Source of the DNA: Nostoc sp. DedSLP01
Lineage (GTDB): Bacteria > Cyanobacteriota > Cyanobacteriia > Cyanobacteriales > Nostocaceae
Direction: 5' to 3'
NCBI GenBank assembly: GCA_034530875.2
Contig: JAVRCJ020000012.1
Span: 128,001-192,000, forward strand
DNA: 64,000 nt
Shown: positions 58,874-64,000 of the stretch, one piece after another
How the letters are laid out: the number at the start of each line of letters is the position of its first letter
Position numbering within the stretch: position 1 is the first letter of the stretch
Translations under genes and position numbers: made by a program
The notes under the pieces: model-generated
The model's database searches: none
Seen by the model: the letters and a program-made list of their open reading frames with translations, nothing else
Told to the model about the DNA's origin: nothing

Positions 58874-60583
58874 ATGGTTGAACTCAACAGTACAATCAAA
58901 TCTCGCAATACTCAACTACCCAAATGTCCCACAGGAATTCAGGGACTAGACGAAATCACTGAAGGGGGACTTCCCCAAGGGCGACCGACGTTAGTTTGTG
59001 GTTCTGCTGGTTGTGGTAAGACTTTGCTAGGGATGGAGTTTTTAGTTCGGGGTGCAACACAATATGGCGAAAGTGGAGTGTTCGTAGCCTTTGAAGAAAC
59101 TGCCGAAGAACTATCTCAAAACGTCACTTCGTTAGGATGGGATTTGGAGCAACTGGTGGCAGAAAATCTGCTCTCTATTGACTGTATTTATATTGACCCG
59201 ACGGAGATTCAAGAAACGGGTGAATACGACCTGGAAGGACTTTTCATTCGCTTGGGTTATGAGATCGACAAAATTAATGCCAAGCGGGTAGTCCTGGATA
59301 CAATTGAGGTGTTATTTTCTGGTTTCTCCAATGCTGCCATTGTGCGGGCAGAAATACGTCGTCTGTTTCGTTGGCTGAAAACCAAAGGTGTCACCGCCAT
59401 TATCACCGGAGAGCGCGGTGAAAATAGCCTGACTCGCCAAGGTATAGAGGAATACGTTTCCGATTGCGTCATTCGCTTGGATCGGCGAGTTGATGACGAA
59501 CTGTCTACTAGACGACTGCAAATTTTGAAATATCGGGGTTCTCAACATGGTAGTAATGAATACCCGTTCTTAATTGAAGAAAATGGTATTTCTGTCTTAC
59601 CAATTACCTCCATTGGGCTAAACCATAGCGTTTCTAGTGAGCGCATTCCCACTGGTATCCCGCGTCTGGATGCGATGCTGGGAGGACAGGGCTACTTTCG
59701 CGGTAGTAGTATTCTAATTACAGGGATGGCTGGCACGGGTAAAAGTACGATCGCGGCTTTTTTTGCCGCCGCCACCTGTCGTCGGCAAGAGCGATGTCTG
59801 TATCTGGCATTTGAAGAAGCACCGCAGCAAATTCTCCGCAATATGCGATCGCTGAGTCTAGATTTAGAGCCTTATATCCAACAGGAATTACTCCAAATTC
59901 GATCGTTGCGTCCAACTGCCTACAGTTTAGAACTACATCTGGTACAGATTCATCGTTGGTTAAATACCTTTAAGCCAACGACTATGATTATCGACCCCAT
60001 CACCAATTTCAGCTCCGCCGGCAATCTCATACAAGTAAAAGCCTTTTTGATGCGCTTGATTGACCATCTCAAGTCGCAACAGGTGACACTGTTGATGACC
60101 AATCTCATTTCTGGAGGCAGTCCTCTGGAAAATACAGAGATTGGCATCTCTTCCCTGATGGATACATGGCTAGAAGTGCGAGTAATTGAAAGCAACGGCG
60201 AACGCAATCGGCTCTTGCAAGCGATCAAATCTCGCGGGATGGAACACTCAAATCAGGTACGGGAATTCCGACTGACTTCTCAAGGGATCGAACTAATCGA
60301 TGTCTACTTGGGGCAGAACCAGGTTCTCACCGGAACGGCTCGAGCAATCCAGGAGTCAGCAGACAAACTCTCACGCCTGCGGCAACAGCAACAACTAGCC
60401 AACCGCCGACGGGAGTTAGAACAGCAAAGCCAAGCCATTCAGACTCAAATTGCAGCTTTACAAATGCAGATGGAAACTGGAAAAGCGGAACTCAATCATC
60501 TGATTCAGGAGGAAAATTTAGCTCGAGAAATGATGCTCCAGGATCGACAGACGATGGCGCAGCTACGTTGGGCTGATCGATAG
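58874..60583 (+). CDS. kaiC: KaiC-family double ATPase, KaiC2-like, with C-terminal coiled coil
   Basis: Two RecA-like domains (GSAGCGKT / GMAGTGKS, FEE in both); phosphosite region ISSLMD (Ser-Ser); about 70-aa heptad tail. Confidence 0.92.
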   Translation: MVELNSTIKSRNTQLPKCPTGIQGLDEITEGGLPQGRPTLVCGSAGCGKTLLGMEFLVRGATQYGESGVFVAFEETAEELSQNVTSLGWDLEQLVAENLLSIDCIYIDPTEIQETGEYDLEGLFIRLGYEIDKINAKRVVLDTIEVLFSGFSNAAIVRAEIRRLFRWLKTKGVTAIITGERGENSLTRQGIEEYVSDCVIRLDRRVDDELSTRRLQILKYRGSQHGSNEYPFLIEENGISVLPITSIGLNHSVSSERIPTGIPRLDAMLGGQGYFRGSSILITGMAGTGKSTIAAFFAAATCRRQERCLYLAFEEAPQQILRNMRSLSLDLEPYIQQELLQIRSLRPTAYSLELHLVQIHRWLNTFKPTTMIIDPITNFSSAGNLIQVKAFLMRLIDHLKSQQVTLLMTNLISGGSPLENTEIGISSLMDTWLEVRVIESNGERNRLLQAIKSRGMEHSNQVREFRLTSQGIELIDVYLGQNQVLTGTARAIQESADKLSRLRQQQQLANRRRELEQQSQAIQTQIAALQMQMETGKAELNHLIQEENLAREMMLQDRQTMAQLRWADR

Positions 60584-60624
60584 CGATTTAGCTACCGCCT
60601 TTGGCACACAGACAAATACCGATA

Positions 60625-60939
60625 ATGAATCAACACAACCAAATCAATCTACCTGGATCTGAGACATGGCAACTACGACTCTACGTTGCTGGACACACTC
60701 CAAAATCCGTGACCGCCTTTGCCAATCTCAAAAAGCTATGTGAGGAACACCTCCAAGGTCAATATGAAATTGAAGTCATTGATTTATTGCAGAATCCAGG
60801 TTTAGCAAAGCAAGATCAAATCTTGGCCATTCCCACCTTAGTTAGAAAACTGCCGCAGCCAATTCGGCAAATTATTGGAGATTTATCGAATCAAGAAAAA
60901 GTTTTGCTAGGACTCGACCTCAGAAAAATCGCGCCATAA
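60625..60939 (+). CDS. kaiB: KaiB family protein
   Basis: [32 protein letters not shown] and [15 protein letters not shown]. Confidence 0.92.
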   Translation: MNQHNQINLPGSETWQLRLYVAGHTPKSVTAFANLKKLCEEHLQGQYEIEVIDLLQNPGLAKQDQILAIPTLVRKLPQPIRQIIGDLSNQEKVLLGLDLRKIAP

Positions 60940-60979
60940 ACAACCAGTCTGAATCATCGGCATTTAGGAGAAAAGCGTA

Positions 60980-61330
60980 ATGGTAAATGAATTGTCACAA
61001 GAGGACAGCGATGATATGACTGTAAATTTTGAGCAAGCGATCGCCAATCGCGATCGGCAACAGTACCGCCTGCGATTATATATTGCTGGCACGACTCCCC
61101 GTTCGATGCGAGCGCTAGAAACCCTAAAATTACTTTGTGAAACCCATTTACACGGACGATATGAGTTAGAGGTGATTGATGTTTACCAATCCTCTCAAAA
61201 GATGGGAGCAGATAATATTATCGCCATCCCCACTTTAGTGAAGCAACTACCCCTCCCCCTGCGACGGATTATCGGGGATCTTTCCAATATTGACAAAGTA
61301 TTACTGGGGTTAGACCTTGTGGCAAAATAA
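60980..61330 (+). CDS. kaiB: KaiB family protein (second copy)
   Basis: LRLYIAGTTPRS, YELEVIDV, IIAIPTLVKQLP and IIGDLS; AGGAG RBS. Confidence 0.9.
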   Translation: MVNELSQEDSDDMTVNFEQAIANRDRQQYRLRLYIAGTTPRSMRALETLKLLCETHLHGRYELEVIDVYQSSQKMGADNIIAIPTLVKQLPLPLRRIIGDLSNIDKVLLGLDLVAK

Positions 61331-61357
61331 ACTTTCCGAAATCTCCAGGGCAAACCA

Positions 61358-63871
61358 ATGGAAGATTGCAATAAATCCCGAACGGAACTATTAGCAGAAA
61401 TTCAAACATTGCGCGATCGCCTCAGCGCGAGTGAGGAAATGCTGCAAGCGATTCAGCATGGCGAAGTAGATGCACTTGTGATTTCTACCCCTGAAGGCGA
61501 AAGAATTTTTACCCTGCAAAGTGCTGACTATTCTTACCGATTGTTAGTAGAAGAAATGCAACAAGGGGCTGCGATCGTTTCTAGTGAAGGATTAATTTTA
61601 TACTGCAATAAAAGTTTGGCAAATTTATTGCAGCAACCTTTAGAGAAACTGATTGGTTCTGATTTTCAACGCTTAATTTATCCCCAAGATATTCCACTAT
61701 TTGAGGCAATAGTTCAGCAAGCAGCAAAGGGCGAACGCAATTCTGTGGAACTCTTCCTCAACTCTAGTAATGGTTTCGAGGTTTGTGTCTATTTATCCAT
61801 CAATCATCTCAACCTGGGTGAATCTGGGATTAATTGTATTGTTATTACCGATTTAACCGCACAAAAACGCCATGAAAAGACTCTTGCCGCAGAAAGGCTA
61901 GCGCGTTTAATTTTGGAACAAGCAGGAGAAGCGATTTTAGTCACAGACCAAAGCGGACAAATTATTCGTGCCAACCAGATTGCCTGTCAACTGTGGGGCG
62001 AAAATCTCCTGTTGCAACCCTTTGATACCCTATGCCCCCTTTATGTATGCCAGTCTAATTTTTCTGCGATCGCACCTCGGGACGCTAGAACTAATCTTGA
62101 GACTGATTCTGGCCTCAAAGTTCCTTTTGCAATTGCATCGGTAATACACGGCCAAAGTTATCAAGGACTGGAAGTAGAGTTTGAACGCCAGGATGGGCAA
62201 GTCTTTAATTTGGTTTTAAATGCCCGCCCCCTGACTGATAAGGACAACCACTTTCGCGGGGCAGTGGTAATTCTTACCGATATCACCCAACGCAAAGAAG
62301 TAGAGCAAGCTTTACAAGAGCGAGAACGCCTATTTGCAACCCTAGCAGAAGCTTCTCCCATTGTGATTTTTCGGTTCGATAATGCTAATAACTGTGTCTA
62401 TGTCAACGATCGCTGGAGCGAATTGACGGGTAGACCATCAAAGACAGCATTGGGAATGGGGTGGATGCGACCGCTGCATCCTGAAGATAGCGATCGCCTT
62501 GGCAAAGAATGGTTGCAATGGTGTCAGGACTGCCAAAATAGAGGGCTTTATCAGAACGAAGGTAGATGTATTCGTCCAGACGGTACGGTGGTTTGGTTTT
62601 ACGTCCAGTCTTTGCCTGAAGTTGACTCTAGGGGTACTACTGTTGGTTATATTGGCGTCCTGACCAATATCACATCAATCAAGCAGGCAGAAACTGACTT
62701 ACGGGAAAGCCAAATCCAACTTCAGCAACAACTGGCTGAAATTGAAGTTATCTACCAGTCAGCTCCCATTGGCTTAAACTTTTTAGACACCAACCTCCGC
62801 TTTATACGCATTAACCAGCGATTGGCAGAAATGAATGGGGTTCCGGCAGAAGCACATATCGGTCGCACAATGCGCGAGGTATTACCAGATTTGGGTGACG
62901 CTGCTGAAAAAGTGCTGCGTCCCATTCTCGAAAAGGGAGAGCCAGTGTTAAATGTAGAAATCACCGGGGAAACTCCAGCACAACCAGGAGTGCAGCGAAC
63001 CTGGTTAGAAAGCTTTTGGCCCTTAAAGAATGGCAATCAAATTATTGGCATCAATACTGTTTGTCAAGAAATCACCGAACGTAAGCGCATCGAAGCGGAA
63101 CGCCAATATACTCAGGAAGCCCTAAGACAGGCTAAAGAAGAGCTAGAAATCCGCGTTACAGAACGAACCGCCCAGTTACATCAAATCATTACCGAACTTC
63201 AACAAGCAGAAGAACACATCACAGCTTCTTTACAAGAAAAAGAGGTATTGCTCAAGGAAATTCATCATCGCGTCAAAAACAATCTCGGCATTGTCAGCAG
63301 CTTGCTACAGATGCAGATTCGCCGTACTCAAAACCCCCAAGCAAAGCTCGTTTTACAAGATAGCCACAACCGTATTACCTCCATCGCCTTAGTCCATGAA
63401 AAGCTATACCTTTCTGAAGACCTGGCTAATATTAATTTGGCTCTATACATCCGAGATTTAACAATTTCTCTATTTCATTCTTATAAAATTAGTTCCAATA
63501 AAATTCAACTCGATCTTCAGCTGGAAAATGCAACCTTAGATATTGAAACAATCATACCCTGTGGATTAATTATCAACGAGCTTATTTCTAACGCCTTAAA
63601 ACATGCTTTCCCTGGCGATCGCGAGGGTGAAATTCAGGTAAAGTTTTTCCAATCCAGCGAATCTATTGGTAATCTGTGCAGATCCAGTTCAACTCTGATT
63701 GTTAAAGATAATGGTATCGGTCTACCAAATAACATTAATCTTAACGAAGCTAAAACCTTGGGGCTGAACCTGATTTATGGTTTGGTCAAGCAGATTAACG
63801 CCACAATTGAGATTAACAGCCAACAGGGAACCGAATTCAAAATCTGCTTTGAAAAACTGACCCAAACTTAG
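61358..63871 (+). CDS. Multi-PAS HisKA_2 histidine kinase downstream of kaiB
   Basis: Four PAS-like domains, LLKEIHHRVKNNL, NELISNALKHAF and DNGIG. Confidence 0.9.
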   Translation: MEDCNKSRTELLAEIQTLRDRLSASEEMLQAIQHGEVDALVISTPEGERIFTLQSADYSYRLLVEEMQQGAAIVSSEGLILYCNKSLANLLQQPLEKLIGSDFQRLIYPQDIPLFEAIVQQAAKGERNSVELFLNSSNGFEVCVYLSINHLNLGESGINCIVITDLTAQKRHEKTLAAERLARLILEQAGEAILVTDQSGQIIRANQIACQLWGENLLLQPFDTLCPLYVCQSNFSAIAPRDARTNLETDSGLKVPFAIASVIHGQSYQGLEVEFERQDGQVFNLVLNARPLTDKDNHFRGAVVILTDITQRKEVEQALQERERLFATLAEASPIVIFRFDNANNCVYVNDRWSELTGRPSKTALGMGWMRPLHPEDSDRLGKEWLQWCQDCQNRGLYQNEGRCIRPDGTVVWFYVQSLPEVDSRGTTVGYIGVLTNITSIKQAETDLRESQIQLQQQLAEIEVIYQSAPIGLNFLDTNLRFIRINQRLAEMNGVPAEAHIGRTMREVLPDLGDAAEKVLRPILEKGEPVLNVEITGETPAQPGVQRTWLESFWPLKNGNQIIGINTVCQEITERKRIEAERQYTQEALRQAKEELEIRVTERTAQLHQIITELQQAEEHITASLQEKEVLLKEIHHRVKNNLGIVSSLLQMQIRRTQNPQAKLVLQDSHNRITSIALVHEKLYLSEDLANINLALYIRDLTISLFHSYKISSNKIQLDLQLENATLDIETIIPCGLIINELISNALKHAFPGDREGEIQVKFFQSSESIGNLCRSSSTLIVKDNGIGLPNNINLNEAKTLGLNLIYGLVKQINATIEINSQQGTEFKICFEKLTQT

Positions 63872-63937
63872 TCAAAATTATTGATTAGTTTAGGGTTTTC
63901 TTCCTGTTTCGACCAATTTTTCATCTTTGGTGTGGGC

Positions 63938-63993
63938 TGGGAAAAGGGAAAAAGTTTGAAATTACCCTTTTCCCTTTCTCCTTTCCCCTTTAA
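63938..63993. repeat. STRR-like gggaaaa/tttcccc inverted repeats
   Basis: Same unit family as 45780-45815, 45972-46038 and 52040-52097. Confidence 0.55.
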
Positions 63994-64000
63994 CCGAACC

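Noticed and set aside
58874..61330. Canonical kaiABC circadian clock locus
   Set aside because: No kaiA, gene order is C-B-B, the phosphosite region is SS rather than ST, and there is a coiled-coil tail; this fits a secondary KaiC2-type system.
1..64000. CRISPR array, tRNA/rRNA genes, intact IS transposase
   Set aside because: No regularly spaced direct repeats with unique spacers, no tRNA/rRNA-like sequence and no transposase ORF seen. The repeats present are STRR, palindromic or MITE-like.

Overview
Chromosomal segment from a filamentous heterocyst-type (Nostoc/Anabaena-like) cyanobacterium, inferred from abundant HIP1 octamers (GCGATCGC), STRR repeats, small dispersed repeats and gene content. 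Housekeeping genes include argD, ccmP, sodA, a panE-like gene, selO/ydiU, a rimJ-like gene, bioB, aroB and dedA, alongside many signalling kinases. The most interesting parts are: (1) 144-4300, a HIP1-poor cluster of three related DUF2589-type proteins, a Zn-ribbon protein and an ADP-ribosyltransferase-like ORF, ending in a reverse-transcriptase remnant (candidate undescribed multi-subunit pore/effector system); (2) a stand-alone TIR-SLOG fusion at 42183-43361 (candidate single-gene nucleotide-signalling defence protein); (3) an Rpn/YadD nuclease with an internal RBS+ATG that could produce an intragenic antitoxin, next to two Uma2 nucleases; (4) a kaiA-less kaiC2-kaiB-kaiB module between a DXCF cyanobacteriochrome kinase and a multi-PAS kinase. 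Small mobile repeats are nested inside each other and in frame inside a kinase gene. No rRNA, tRNA, CRISPR array or intact transposase was seen. All family assignments come from motif recognition by eye; no searches were run.
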